A stretch of 43,256 nucleotides of DNA from positions 1 to 43,256 of the forward strand of contig JBMCLJ010000002.1 in assembly GCA_048615375.1 (NCBI GenBank), given 5' to 3'. The position numbers and the translations under genes were made by a program. Below the pieces are notes generated by a model. That model saw nothing but the letters and a program-made list of their open reading frames with translations, did no database searches and had not been told where the DNA came from. This document shows positions 1-9,595 of this stretch, piece by piece. Origin of the DNA: Candidatus Dojkabacteria bacterium. GTDB taxonomy: Bacteria > Patescibacteriota > Dojkabacteria > JAOAGR01. The number at the start of each line of letters is the position of its first letter. Within the stretch, counting starts at the first letter, position 1.

Positions 1-192
1 TCCTGGAAGTGACTGGATATGTTGCTGCCAGAAGTCCGTGAAGGGAGAGATGGGTTGAACGGGAGTAGCCAGGCTACTCTCGGGGTACTCGTCGGAGTTT
101 AAATATCTCAGTTCATTAGATCCAAAACGTAGTAAACTAAAAAAATTTTGAGAAGGTTGACTAACTGTATATAGCTTTCTGTTAATTTTCAT
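1..192 (-). CDS. Partial hypothetical protein (runs off the left edge of the window)
   Basis: ATG at 192 on the minus strand opens a stop-free frame to position 1 (MKINRKLYTVSQPSQNFFSLLRFGSNELRYLNSDEYPESSLATPVQPISPFTDFWQQHIQSLPG...). It starts 9 nt after the stop of the upstream minus-strand gene. Not in the ORF track because it is truncated. Confidence 0.45.
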   Translation of the reverse strand, partial: MKINRKLYTVSQPSQNFFSLLRFGSNELRYLNSDEYPESSLATPVQPISPFTDFWQQHIQSLPG

Positions 193-201
193 GCGGTGTT
201 A

Positions 202-1278
202 TTAGCCTTGTCCTGCTCTGAGTTCTGCGTTCTTCTGTATAGCCTGAGCAACTAATGTGCCAGCGTGCTCCATGGCGTTATGTCGATCAGTTCCATCAGG
301 GATTCCAAGTGCTTGATCCTGGAATATCCATGGATCTAGCGCAGATATCATTTTGTCTGTATAGCGAACAACATGATCTTCAGGGTGATAAGTCACTATG
401 AATTGTTCAGGAAGAGCTAGTGGTTGAGACAGTGATTGTAGCCTTGCTGCATGTCCCCGTGGAGGATAGTCAAATAAGTAGTCACGGAAAAAACCTCGTT
501 GGACTGCTTGTGTATAGAAGCGCCTCAGAAGTAGGTGTCCTATGCCATCACCAGCAATTAATCCATTGATGCCTACTAATTGTTCAGGGGTGAAAGGTGT
601 GTGGGCTGCAATGATTGTCCTTGGTTGCCCTTGCAAACCATTCCTGGCTAAGTGACTGCTACTTGTGACTCTTCCTCCGAAGGAGTGTCCTAAGAAGAAA
701 CTATTTTGAACCCTTGATCCATCTGAGTGTGTATCCTCAAGATGACGCATGAATAACTCTGCTGCAATTGCCATCCCATCATGGTCAAATGTTTCAGTTG
801 GATACGCAAGACTCATAACATTTGCATTAGATTTGCGTAAGCTCTCTACGCCTTTTCGCCTAAAAAGGAGATGAGAAGGATTAAAGGTGTCATGTCCTCC
901 TGCATATACCCCAGTACTTTGAGGAGACGTGTGTGGTGCTTCAACAAATCCTACAAACAGATTCCTCGCTAATTGTGGATAAGCTGCCCGCGTTTTTTCT
1001 GAATCATCTGCTACCCATAAACTAGTACCATCAATGGTACGTTGAGTTTTAGCATTTGCTCCCAGTAAATTTTCTGCGCTAAGCTCAAACGCTTCTGGGA
1101 CAGCTACAACTAGTTGGTCAAATTTTGGTTGATTCATAATTTTTGAGTAGTAACTTAATACATTATAAGCTAAGAGCCAGGTTCCAGCTTCTACACCAGT
1201 CTGAAGAGTTAAGTTCAAAAACTCTCTCCTCGTTAACCTGGTTTGCAGGTTGATGGATTCGTCACCATTAATCGGCAA
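202..1278 (-). CDS. Putative alpha/beta-hydrolase-fold protein with Tat-like N-terminal motif
   Basis: 358 aa, TTG start. GHSFGG nucleophile elbow, candidate Asp (HPEDHVV) and His (DRHN). N-terminal TRREFL followed by a moderately hydrophobic stretch. Confidence 0.55.
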   Translation of the reverse strand: MPINGDESINLQTRLTRREFLNLTLQTGVEAGTWLLAYNVLSYYSKIMNQPKFDQLVVAVPEAFELSAENLLGANAKTQRTIDGTSLWVADDSEKTRAAYPQLARNLFVGFVEAPHTSPQSTGVYAGGHDTFNPSHLLFRRKGVESLRKSNANVMSLAYPTETFDHDGMAIAAELFMRHLEDTHSDGSRVQNSFFLGHSFGGRVTSSSHLARNGLQGQPRTIIAAHTPFTPEQLVGINGLIAGDGIGHLLLRRFYTQAVQRGFFRDYLFDYPPRGHAARLQSLSQPLALPEQFIVTYHPEDHVVRYTDKMISALDPWIFQDQALGIPDGTDRHNAMEHAGTLVAQAIQKNAELRAGQG

Positions 1279-1338
1279 TCTTATAACTATATTATATCAC
1301 ACTCTCCGGTGCTTCGCTATCATTTTTTGATCGTTTTC

Positions 1339-1347
1339 TGCTAAAAT
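1339..1347 (+). promoter_or_regulatory. Candidate extended -10 promoter (TGcTAAAAT) for uvrA
   Basis: TGCTAAAAT in the divergent intergenic region, about 75 nt upstream of the uvrA ATG. Confidence 0.35.
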
Positions 1348-1423
1348 CAAAGGATAACTCTCAAAAAATATTAATTATTACATATTATTCATAGTCAAAC
1401 GTAATTCATAATTTATAACATTC

Positions 1424-4400
1424 ATGGAAGAATTCATTAAAGTTAAAGGTGCGCGCGTCCATAACTTAAAAAATGTTGATGTTAACATCCCAAAAAACAA
1501 ACTCGTTGTCATCACCGGTCTCTCCGGTTCGGGTAAGTCTTCACTGGCGTTCGATACAATATACGCAGAAGGACAGCGAAGATATGTAGAAAGTCTCTCC
1601 GCATACGCCAGGCAATTCCTTGGTGTTATGGAAAAACCTGATGTCGACTCCATAGAAGGTCTATCACCCGCGATCTCAATTGATCAGAAATCCGCTTCAA
1701 GTAACCCGCGATCTACTGTCGGTACCATAACCGAGATTTACGATTATATGAGGTTACTGTTTGCCAGGACGGGAGATCCATACTGCTATATCTGTGGAAG
1801 ACCAATTGAGTCACAGACTGTCCAGGAAATAGTAGATCGAGTTCTACAATTACCCAAACAATATAAACAAAACAACATTCGAGTACTGATACTTTCACCT
1901 GTTGTCAAAAACCGAAAAGGAGAATACGAAGATCTGTTTAGTAACCTCTCAAATAAGGGCTTCGCGCGAGTCCGTGTTGATGGAGAAATACGAAACCTTG
2001 AAGAAGAAATCAAACTCGAAAAACAAAAAAAACACTCAATAGAAATCGTGGTTGACAGACTTGCAATTACTGATTTTGACGCCATGATAGAAAGTGAAAA
2101 AGAACAGGATAACCCTTCACGGGTTACAGAAATTGAGGAGGAGTTCAAAACATTCCGCCAGAGATTGACTGACTCGGTTGAAACAGCACTCAGGTTCGCC
2201 GAAGGTGAGATGATAGTGACACTCTACGATGAAAAAAAAGATATTCTCTTCTCAGAAAACCTTGTTTGTAAATATGATGGCATTTCCTTTCCTAAAATCG
2301 AACCGCACACATTTTCTTTCAACTCTCCCCACGGCGCGTGTCCTGAATGTCATGGACTTGGCTCTATAAAAAAAGTAGATCCAAAGCTTGTCTATAACCC
2401 AAATCTTACCGTGATGGAAGGTGCTATCTTCCCCTGGTCGCGTTCTGTCGATCCCGAAAGCTGGTATATGAAGCGCATGCAAGCACTCGCTGAGGCGAGA
2501 GGATTTTCATTGAAGACCTCTCTCAAAGATCTGAAACCTGAAGACTTAAACGCGATTCTGTATGGATCTGACGATAAAATTAAAGTATCACTCGAAGGAG
2601 GAAGTTTTTCCGGAACGTATGATTCAACCTTTGAAGGAGTGATACCAAATCTTGAACGTAGATATCAGGATACTGACTCAGAACATGTTCGTACCGATAT
2701 CGAAAAATACATGATTATAGAACCCTGCCCCGAATGTCAGGGGACGCGCCTTCGAAAGGAGGCAACTTCTGTGAGAGTTGGTGGGAAAAATATAGTTCAG
2801 GCTTCAGAAATGACAATTGACGCTTGTAAGCATTGGGTTGACCAGATTGCTTCAGGACAGGAGAGTGATGCATTTAAAGGTGATGAGTCAGTATATTTTG
2901 ATGAAAAAAAACAGGCTTACATCCGACCGTACAAAGTAGATGATGACGAATACTACGAATATATGTCATTAACTTCTCATAAACAGCAAATTGCAAAGCT
3001 GGTTGTGAAAGAAATCTCTAATCGACTGAGTTTTTTAATCTCTGTTGGCTTAAGCTATCTCACGTTAAACCGCACTGCACGTACGCTTTCCGGGGGAGAA
3101 GCTCAACGTATACGCTTAGCATCGCAAATTGGTTCCGGTCTCTCCGGCGTTCTCTATGTACTTGACGAACCATCGATAGGTTTACATCAGCGGGACAATT
3201 CCAGATTGATAGGTACATTGAAGAACTTACGGGAACTTGGAAATACAGTGCTGGTTGTCGAACATGATGAAGAGACCATGATGGAAGCGGACTGGCTGAT
3301 TGATATGGGAGAAGGAGCAGGAATTCACGGCGGTAATGTGATTTCTGACGGTGTTCCTGGTGATTTTGTACAGAGCCCGTTTTCTGTGACTGCACCCTAT
3401 TTACGAAAAGAGAAGATCGTTGGGGAAGAATTTTTACCAAAGAAAAAGAAAAAAAGAGTACAGAATGGGAAAACCATTGCAGTTAAAGGAGCTTTCCAGA
3501 ATAATCTCCAGGGCATAGATGTAACGTTCCCACTAGGTAAATTTGTCTGTGTGACAGGTGTAAGTGGTTCTGGCAAGTCAACATTGATTAACGATATTTT
3601 ATATAAACACCTGCATAATCACTTTTTCCATACGAATAAAAAAGTAGGAAACTTTAAAAGCATCGATGGAGTAGAGCATATTGACAAAGTAATTAATATT
3701 GACCAGTCTCCGATTGGCAGGACACCCCGGTCAAACCCGGCAACATATACTGGTTTTTTTACAGATATACGTGAAGTATTTGCGAATACCAGTGAAGCAA
3801 AGCTACGGGGATACGGTCCTGGTCGCTTTTCCTTTAATGTCAAAGGAGGTCGGTGTGAAACCTGTAAAGGCGATGGACTATTGAAAATTGAAATGCAATT
3901 CCTGCCGGACGTATACGTTCCCTGCGAGACTTGTCATGGAAAACGATATAATCGAGAGACTTTAGAGATCACCTACAAAGGAAAAAGTATCTACGAAGTA
4001 CTGGAAATGTCAGTAGACCAGGGAGTAGAGTTCTTTACCAATATCCCTCGCATAGCCCGTTACCTTTCGCTCCTCCAGGAAGTAGGGCTTGGCTATATTA
4101 AGCTTGGACAGCCCTCGACAACATTGTCCGGTGGAGAGTCGCAACGTATCAAACTGGCTACAGAATTAGCCAAACGTTCTACTGGAAGGACGCTGTATAT
4201 ACTTGATGAGCCGACTACCGGACTTCATTTCGCGGACGTGGATAAACTACTGAATGTGCTCCATAAGCTTGTTGAAAAAGGAAACACCATGATAATTATT
4301 GAGCATAATCTGGATGTGATCAAAACAGCAGACTGGATTATTGATCTTGGGCCTGAAGGGGGAACAGGTGGAGGGGAGCTTGTTGGAGTAGGGGCGGTAG

Positions 4401-4459
4401 AAGATATTATCCAAAATAAGAAAAGCTGGACTGGGAAGTACCTGAAAAAAATTCTGTAA
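1424..4459 (+). CDS. uvrA: Excinuclease ABC subunit A
   Basis: GARVHNLKN start, two Walker A motifs ([18 protein letters not shown]), LSGGEAQRI and LSGGESQRI signatures, CxxC zinc fingers, LDEPSIGLH and LDEPTTGLH. Confidence 0.99.
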   Translation: MEEFIKVKGARVHNLKNVDVNIPKNKLVVITGLSGSGKSSLAFDTIYAEGQRRYVESLSAYARQFLGVMEKPDVDSIEGLSPAISIDQKSASSNPRSTVGTITEIYDYMRLLFARTGDPYCYICGRPIESQTVQEIVDRVLQLPKQYKQNNIRVLILSPVVKNRKGEYEDLFSNLSNKGFARVRVDGEIRNLEEEIKLEKQKKHSIEIVVDRLAITDFDAMIESEKEQDNPSRVTEIEEEFKTFRQRLTDSVETALRFAEGEMIVTLYDEKKDILFSENLVCKYDGISFPKIEPHTFSFNSPHGACPECHGLGSIKKVDPKLVYNPNLTVMEGAIFPWSRSVDPESWYMKRMQALAEARGFSLKTSLKDLKPEDLNAILYGSDDKIKVSLEGGSFSGTYDSTFEGVIPNLERRYQDTDSEHVRTDIEKYMIIEPCPECQGTRLRKEATSVRVGGKNIVQASEMTIDACKHWVDQIASGQESDAFKGDESVYFDEKKQAYIRPYKVDDDEYYEYMSLTSHKQQIAKLVVKEISNRLSFLISVGLSYLTLNRTARTLSGGEAQRIRLASQIGSGLSGVLYVLDEPSIGLHQRDNSRLIGTLKNLRELGNTVLVVEHDEETMMEADWLIDMGEGAGIHGGNVISDGVPGDFVQSPFSVTAPYLRKEKIVGEEFLPKKKKKRVQNGKTIAVKGAFQNNLQGIDVTFPLGKFVCVTGVSGSGKSTLINDILYKHLHNHFFHTNKKVGNFKSIDGVEHIDKVINIDQSPIGRTPRSNPATYTGFFTDIREVFANTSEAKLRGYGPGRFSFNVKGGRCETCKGDGLLKIEMQFLPDVYVPCETCHGKRYNRETLEITYKGKSIYEVLEMSVDQGVEFFTNIPRIARYLSLLQEVGLGYIKLGQPSTTLSGGESQRIKLATELAKRSTGRTLYILDEPTTGLHFADVDKLLNVLHKLVEKGNTMIIIEHNLDVIKTADWIIDLGPEGGTGGGELVGVGAVEDIIQNKKSWTGKYLKKIL

Positions 4460-4489
4460 AAGTTACTATATACTGAAAAGAGAAATACA

Positions 4490-6004
4490 ATGAAAGCTGT
4501 AGTTATTGGAGCTGGTTTGGGCGGGCTTGCAGCAGCAATCCGACTTGCACATGCCGGTTATGAAGTTGAAGTATTCGAGCAGTCAGATTCCGCTGGAGGC
4601 AAAGCAGGTGAGCTCCGTGCTGAGGGTTTTCGCTTTGATAGAGGACCAACAATTGTGACGATGCCGTTCATTATCAAGGAATTGTTCGACGATATTAATA
4701 AAAATATTTCAGATTACCTTCAATTCACACAGCTGAGCACAAGTACAAAATATTTCTATCCTGATGATACCATGATTAACGCGTACCAGCATAATGTATC
4801 GTTTGCACAGGAGATCGCGCGTACTACTGAAGATTCTGTCGAATCAGTATACCAGTTCTTCGACTATGCTCGAAAGATTTATGAACTCAGTGAACCGATC
4901 TTCATGCGACGAAGTCTGGGGCAGCCGGAAACATTTATGTCAAAAGAAGCAGTTAAATCTTTATTTCGGCTCAGAGATCTGGATACAAAGAGGACAATGC
5001 ATGAAGCAATTTCTTCTTTTTTTAACGATCCAAAAACCATTCAGCTTTTTGACCGGTATGCGACCTACAATGGCTCAAATCCATACCTGGCCCCCGCGAC
5101 ATTAAACATTATATCTCATGTAGAAAATCGTTTAGGAACATATGTCCTGAAAGGAGGGATGCATGTATTGGTTCGTGCTTTGGAGCAAGTCGCACTGGAA
5201 AAAGGTGTTACGGTACACTACAACACGCCAGTACAAAGTATTTTGATTGATTCACGTAACGTGGTGACTGGTATCGAAATACCTGCCGGTACAATCAAGG
5301 CTGGAATAGTTGTTTCTAATGTTGACGTGAATGTTACGTATCAAAAGCTTCTCGAAGATACTTCCTCTCAACCGGCAAAAAAATACGCCAGGCTTGAACC
5401 GTCAACTTCTGCATTAGTTTTCTTCTGGGGAGTAAAAAAAGATGAAGAAGTAGCGAGGGCAAGCAAGAATATGGAAATTCACAATATCCTCTTTTCCCAA
5501 AATTACCGTAAGGAATTTCAGCAATTATTTATTGAGAAAATTTACCCTGATGATCTGACAGTGTACCTCTACATCTCGTCAAAATTCGTGCCCGGTGATG
5601 CACCTGATGGCTTTGAGAACTGGTATGTCATGGTAAACGCTCCGTATGTAAACAGTAAGTACGCTAATGAGTACCAGGATGAAGAAGAACTTCTCGCATC
5701 ACTAAAGACTGGAATTCTTCACAAAATTCATACAGTACTTGGAATTGATCTCACTTCCAAAATTGTTTTCGAGGAACGCCTTAGCCCTCAGATGATTGCA
5801 TCAAAAACTGGAAGTTTTTTAGGCTCATTGTATGGAATTTCTTCAAACTCCAGGTTCTCAGCATTTCTACGCCAGCACAATCGATCAAAAAAATATAATG
5901 GTTTGTATTTTTGTGGAGGTAGTGCTCATCCTGGCGGGGGAATCCCGCTTGTTCTCCTTTCTGGGAAAATTGTCGCTGACCTGGTAATGAAGTATCATGG
6001 TTGA
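4490..6004 (+). CDS. crtD: CrtI-family FAD-dependent carotenoid desaturase, most like 1-hydroxycarotenoid 3,4-desaturase
   Basis: GAGLGG Rossmann motif, FRFDxGP, QLFDRYATYNGSNPY, SALVFFWG, HNILFS, DAPDGFENWYVMVNAP and YFCGGSAHPGGGIPLVLLSG. These blocks match my recollection of Bacteroidota-type CrtD. Family is secure, subfamily less so. Confidence 0.8.
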   Translation: MKAVVIGAGLGGLAAAIRLAHAGYEVEVFEQSDSAGGKAGELRAEGFRFDRGPTIVTMPFIIKELFDDINKNISDYLQFTQLSTSTKYFYPDDTMINAYQHNVSFAQEIARTTEDSVESVYQFFDYARKIYELSEPIFMRRSLGQPETFMSKEAVKSLFRLRDLDTKRTMHEAISSFFNDPKTIQLFDRYATYNGSNPYLAPATLNIISHVENRLGTYVLKGGMHVLVRALEQVALEKGVTVHYNTPVQSILIDSRNVVTGIEIPAGTIKAGIVVSNVDVNVTYQKLLEDTSSQPAKKYARLEPSTSALVFFWGVKKDEEVARASKNMEIHNILFSQNYRKEFQQLFIEKIYPDDLTVYLYISSKFVPGDAPDGFENWYVMVNAPYVNSKYANEYQDEEELLASLKTGILHKIHTVLGIDLTSKIVFEERLSPQMIASKTGSFLGSLYGISSNSRFSAFLRQHNRSKKYNGLYFCGGSAHPGGGIPLVLLSGKIVADLVMKYHG

Positions 6005-7133
6005 CATGTTACTTCTTGCTTTTACGACGGTGATCGCCCTGATAACACTAGTGGTTGCGCTGGATAATTTTTTTCACGCCCCACGGTTGGAGAATACTGG
6101 AAAACGTAAGATTCCCGTTGCAAGTGCATATCCATTTGTCTCAGTACTCATACCTGCTCGAAATGAAGAAAAAAATATTGCTGCCTGCATTGATGCTGCC
6201 AGTGTCCAAACATACCCCCATATGGAAATTGTAGTGCTTGATGACGACTCATCCGATACAACACTGGAAATAGTACACAAATACAGTAAAACAGCAAAAC
6301 CAGGATCTGTTTGTGGGTTCCGGCTGATACGTGGTAAGCGGCTTCCGCCGGGGTGGACTGGAAAAAACTGGGCATGCTTTCAATTGGCGCAGGAGGCATG
6401 TGGCGATGTGATACTGTTCATTGACGCGGATGTTGTTCTTGCTCCACACGCAGTGCAAACAGCAGTTTCAGGAATGCAGGCATATAAAGCTGACATTTTA
6501 TCTTGTTTTCCAGTTCAGATTACATGTTCCTTCGGTGAGATGCTCATAGTCCCTATGATGCAATGGATTTTATTAGCTTTCCTTCCATTAAAGCTGGTCT
6601 TCGAGTCAAAGAACCCTGCATTTTCAGCAGCGAACGGTCAATTTCTTATGTTTTCAAAGCATGTTTACCAGAAAATTGGAACTCACGCGGCGTTTAAAGA
6701 CAATGTTGCTGAAGATATTGAAATGGTTCGTTCAGCAAAAAAAGCGGGTTTTTTACCGGTTACTGCCGTTTCGGGTAAAAATACAGTTGTGTGCAGAATG
6801 TACAGAAATTTCCTTGAAGCATACCAGGGCTTCGCAAAAAACTTTTACCCCGCTACAAATGTCCACCTACTTGTTTTTATGGTTCTAATGGTATTCGTTA
6901 CTGTCGTATACTTTTTACCGTTTATCCTTATGCTCTTCGATATGGTATTTATTGTCCCAGTTCTTTTTCTGCTGACCAGTGCAGGAATTATCAGAGTAGT
7001 TTCAGGAAACAATATTGTTCGTAACATTTTCCTTTTTCCCCTGCAAATAGTATTATTACTTTCAATAGGCTTGTACTCGGCATATGTAACCAGTACCAGG
7101 CGAGCTGTATGGAAAGGAAGAAAATTACCATAG
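5997..7133 (+). CDS. GT2 glycosyltransferase, CruC/CrtQ-like carotenoid glycosyltransferase
   Basis: N-terminal TM, VSVLIPARNEE, DDDSSDTT, LPPGWTGKNWAC, FIDADV, ANGQF, AEDI, CRMY, C-terminal TMs and WKGR end. Overlaps the crtD stop by 8 nt. Confidence 0.8.
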   Translation: MVDMLLLAFTTVIALITLVVALDNFFHAPRLENTGKRKIPVASAYPFVSVLIPARNEEKNIAACIDAASVQTYPHMEIVVLDDDSSDTTLEIVHKYSKTAKPGSVCGFRLIRGKRLPPGWTGKNWACFQLAQEACGDVILFIDADVVLAPHAVQTAVSGMQAYKADILSCFPVQITCSFGEMLIVPMMQWILLAFLPLKLVFESKNPAFSAANGQFLMFSKHVYQKIGTHAAFKDNVAEDIEMVRSAKKAGFLPVTAVSGKNTVVCRMYRNFLEAYQGFAKNFYPATNVHLLVFMVLMVFVTVVYFLPFILMLFDMVFIVPVLFLLTSAGIIRVVSGNNIVRNIFLFPLQIVLLLSIGLYSAYVTSTRRAVWKGRKLP

Positions 7134-7819
7134 TGGATGTCAATCAAAATACAAAAATACACAAGACTGACTTTTCAAGTCTTGTCCTATCTTACCTGGT
7201 ACGATACGGAGACAAAGTAATTTACAGTTTCTTCCTCTTTGGTGCTATATTGCATATGTACCCCGGAAGTCGTGCCTTGATGGTAAGCTTAACAGCTATT
7301 GTTCTTTTTATTCTCTTGTTTTTAGCATTTCTTCCCGAGGTACTGCATAAGAACATCCGGTTAATGACTGGAGTCTTTGGAATCGCTATTTTCACACTTT
7401 TGATAGAAATAATAGGTCATGAAACTGGGATTGTTTTTGGGGAATACGAATATGGTGAGATACTTGGACTGGCTGTTTTTGGTGTACCAATACTTATTGG
7501 CTTACTATGGTCTGCGATTATCATTGCATGCACCGCCATTACGACCAGGATTATCAGTAATACGTGGATATCCAGTTGTCTTGCAGGCTTATGTGCAGTA
7601 GGCTTTGATTGGATACTTGAACCGGTTGCAATTAAATTAGGTTACTGGGACTGGGAAGGGGTTGGAGTACCATTCCAGAACTATCTCGCATGGTTCGGAA
7701 TAACCTTCATTTCCTCAATATTACTCCGTAAGCTGAATGTAGAACCAAAAAGCTTGCAATTTGAAAAGTTTTTCATTTCATTAACATTCTTTATGGCAGC
7801 ACTTTTCCTGTTCATTTGA
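7109..7819 (+). CDS. cruF: CruF-like carotenoid 1,2-hydratase (DUF422 carotenoid biosynthesis membrane protein)
   Basis: Multi-TM protein with EIIGxxTGxxFGEYxYGxxLG, GVP-I---W, DWILEPVAxxLGYWxW and VPFQNYLAWF motifs typical of the CruF/DUF422 family. Overlaps the upstream GT2. Confidence 0.8.
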   Translation: MERKKITIVDVNQNTKIHKTDFSSLVLSYLVRYGDKVIYSFFLFGAILHMYPGSRALMVSLTAIVLFILLFLAFLPEVLHKNIRLMTGVFGIAIFTLLIEIIGHETGIVFGEYEYGEILGLAVFGVPILIGLLWSAIIIACTAITTRIISNTWISSCLAGLCAVGFDWILEPVAIKLGYWDWEGVGVPFQNYLAWFGITFISSILLRKLNVEPKSLQFEKFFISLTFFMAALFLFI

Positions 7820-7888
7820 AGGTTTCGGTTATAAAACAGCCTGATAGAACGGTATTATAACTTATGTTATTTAATTTCATCATATAAT

Positions 7889-7917
7889 TTGCAAACTGAA
7901 TATAAACACTGTAAAGT
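7889..7917 (+). promoter_or_regulatory. Sigma70-type promoter for the mraZ operon
   Basis: TTGCAA (7889-7894), 17-nt spacer, TAAAGT (7912-7917), immediately upstream of the MraZ boxes. Confidence 0.55.
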
Positions 7918-7921
7918 AATT

Positions 7922-7950
7922 GTGGTTATAAGTGGTGAATGGTGGTGAAT
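7922..7950 (+). promoter_or_regulatory. MraZ-binding direct repeats
   Basis: Three GTGGT repeats with 10-bp periodicity (7922, 7932, 7942) just before the mraZ ATG. Matches the known GTGG-N6 MraZ operator layout. Confidence 0.85.
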
Positions 7951-7951
7951 A

Positions 7952-8380
7952 ATGCTCATAGGCGAATTTGAATCAAAGTTAACAGATAAAAATCGAATCG
8001 CCTTGCCAAAGAAGTTTCGTGAGGAAATCGGAGATACATTCATAATCACACAAGGTTATGAAGGAAGTGTCATTCTTGTAGATGAATCAAGGTTTCTTGC
8101 TCTTACACAAGAGATACGAGACGGGAGTTTTGTAAACGATGCAATTCGAGATACAACCCGGTTTCTGATAGGATCCGCCCATGAGGTAAAGCTGGATAAA
8201 CAAGGGAGATTTGTACTGCCCCAATCTCTCAGGTCATTTTCGGATATTGAAAGTGACGTCATTTTTCTAGGTCTCATGCGTTGGGTTGAAATCTGGTCCA
8301 GGGATGTATGGTTACAGCGAAAAACATTGATCAGCAATGAAGCTCCAAAAATAGCCAGTCGGCTTCCTGGTGCAGCTTGA
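7952..8380 (+). CDS. mraZ: Division/cell-wall cluster transcriptional repressor MraZ
   Basis: 142 aa with two SpoVT/AbrB repeats (DKNRIALPKKFR, LDKQGRFVLP, VEIW), located upstream of rsmH. Confidence 0.97.
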   Translation: MLIGEFESKLTDKNRIALPKKFREEIGDTFIITQGYEGSVILVDESRFLALTQEIRDGSFVNDAIRDTTRFLIGSAHEVKLDKQGRFVLPQSLRSFSDIESDVIFLGLMRWVEIWSRDVWLQRKTLISNEAPKIASRLPGAA

Positions 8381-8411
8381 AGCTGCACCAACCAGGTGTA
8401 TAATTAAATCT

Positions 8412-9326
8412 ATGGAACAACATACACCTGTGCTGCTGCGTGAAGTATGCATTCAATTTGAAGGAGTAGTGAATGCAAAAAAATCAATTGTTGCTGTTGA
8501 CTGTACATTGGGACAGGGAGGTCACTCATATGAGCTTTTCAAGAGGCTCAAATATGGAGTTTTGATTTCAATTGACCTGCATTCTGACTCGATAGAGTGG
8601 GTGCGCTCTCATTATGGTCTTAACCCTTCGCATGCATATCCTGGAGTATATGAAAAAATCCAGGAACATAAGTGCTGGTACGTCTTAGAGCAAGACTTTG
8701 CTGAGATTGAGCAGGTGATAAAACTGTTCAAGCTGGCGCGTGTGGATTTTATTCTTGCTGATTTAGGTTTTTCTAATTATGAACTCAGCAGCGACCTCGG
8801 CATATCATTTGAGCGACCCGATCAGCCTTTAGACATGAGGTACACAAATAATGCCACTTTGCAGGCAAAGGATGTTCTCAATACATTCAGCCATGAGGCA
8901 TTGCGTGAAGTATTGCAGCTTCATGGAGATATGCAGGACAGTGGCAAACTTGCCAGGAAAATCGTTGCGTATCGAAGTCATCGATTATTCCAGAAAGTAG
9001 GCGACTTGCTTGCCCTCTTCAATCGTAGTTCATTTCCTGAAAGTACCAGGATTAAGCTTTTCCAGGCACTCAGGTCGTACATTAATGAGGAGCCCGATAA
9101 ACTTAATGCGCTAGTAACAAAAGTTCCACAACTGGTACATCCTTCAGGCGAGGCGAATATCATTACATTTAACTCTCTCGAAGCATCTCTTGTGCGGTCT
9201 TCGTTATATCCGCTTTCCAGCAGGGAAGTAAATATAGCGGAGATGATACGTAATCCGCAAAGTAGAAGTGCTACATTATACATATACAAAAAAGAATCAA
9301 ACGCGCGCGGTTCGGAAGCCGAATAA
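8412..9326 (+). CDS. rsmH: 16S rRNA m4C1402 methyltransferase
   Basis: HTPVLLRE, DCTLGQGGHS, ADLGFS, PLDMR, FQALR and NPQSRSA. ATG 8412 preferred over GTG 8370. Confidence 0.93.
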   Translation: MEQHTPVLLREVCIQFEGVVNAKKSIVAVDCTLGQGGHSYELFKRLKYGVLISIDLHSDSIEWVRSHYGLNPSHAYPGVYEKIQEHKCWYVLEQDFAEIEQVIKLFKLARVDFILADLGFSNYELSSDLGISFERPDQPLDMRYTNNATLQAKDVLNTFSHEALREVLQLHGDMQDSGKLARKIVAYRSHRLFQKVGDLLALFNRSSFPESTRIKLFQALRSYINEEPDKLNALVTKVPQLVHPSGEANIITFNSLEASLVRSSLYPLSSREVNIAEMIRNPQSRSATLYIYKKESNARGSEAE

Positions 9327-9594
9327 GGCTTTGCGTTGGTTATTTGTGACTTTCTCCGTACTTATCATTGCTACTGTTGCAACCCAGCTGTATGTTATGA
9401 GTGTGTATGCCGTGAAAGGAGAAGAAGTAGCTAAACTGGAGAAGAAAAAAGAAGTACTCGAAAAACAGAATAAGCTTTTATCAGATGAGATTGCAGATTC
9501 AAGAAGTATAGAATATATTAGAGAAAGATCTCAGCATATGGGCTTCGTGGATATTGACCACGACAATGTGAAGTATATCGAAATAGAAGACTAA
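9268..9594 (+). CDS. ftsL: Cell division protein FtsL-like
   Basis: Small bitopic protein (basic N-terminus, one TM, coiled coil, xMGF near the end) between rsmH and the class B PBP. Confidence 0.7.
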   Translation: MLHYTYTKKNQTRAVRKPNKALRWLFVTFSVLIIATVATQLYVMSVYAVKGEEVAKLEKKKEVLEKQNKLLSDEIADSRSIEYIRERSQHMGFVDIDHDNVKYIEIED

Positions 9595-9595
9595 A

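Noticed and set aside
63-79. Perfect inverted repeat GAGTAGCC-A-GGCTACTC
   Set aside because: Single copy inside a probable ORF with no U-tract and no repeats elsewhere, so it is not supportable as a terminator, CRISPR repeat or REP.
1318-1344. Third CIRCE upstream of uvrA (TTCTGCTAA)
   Set aside because: Only the right arm is present. It is better explained as an extended -10 element.
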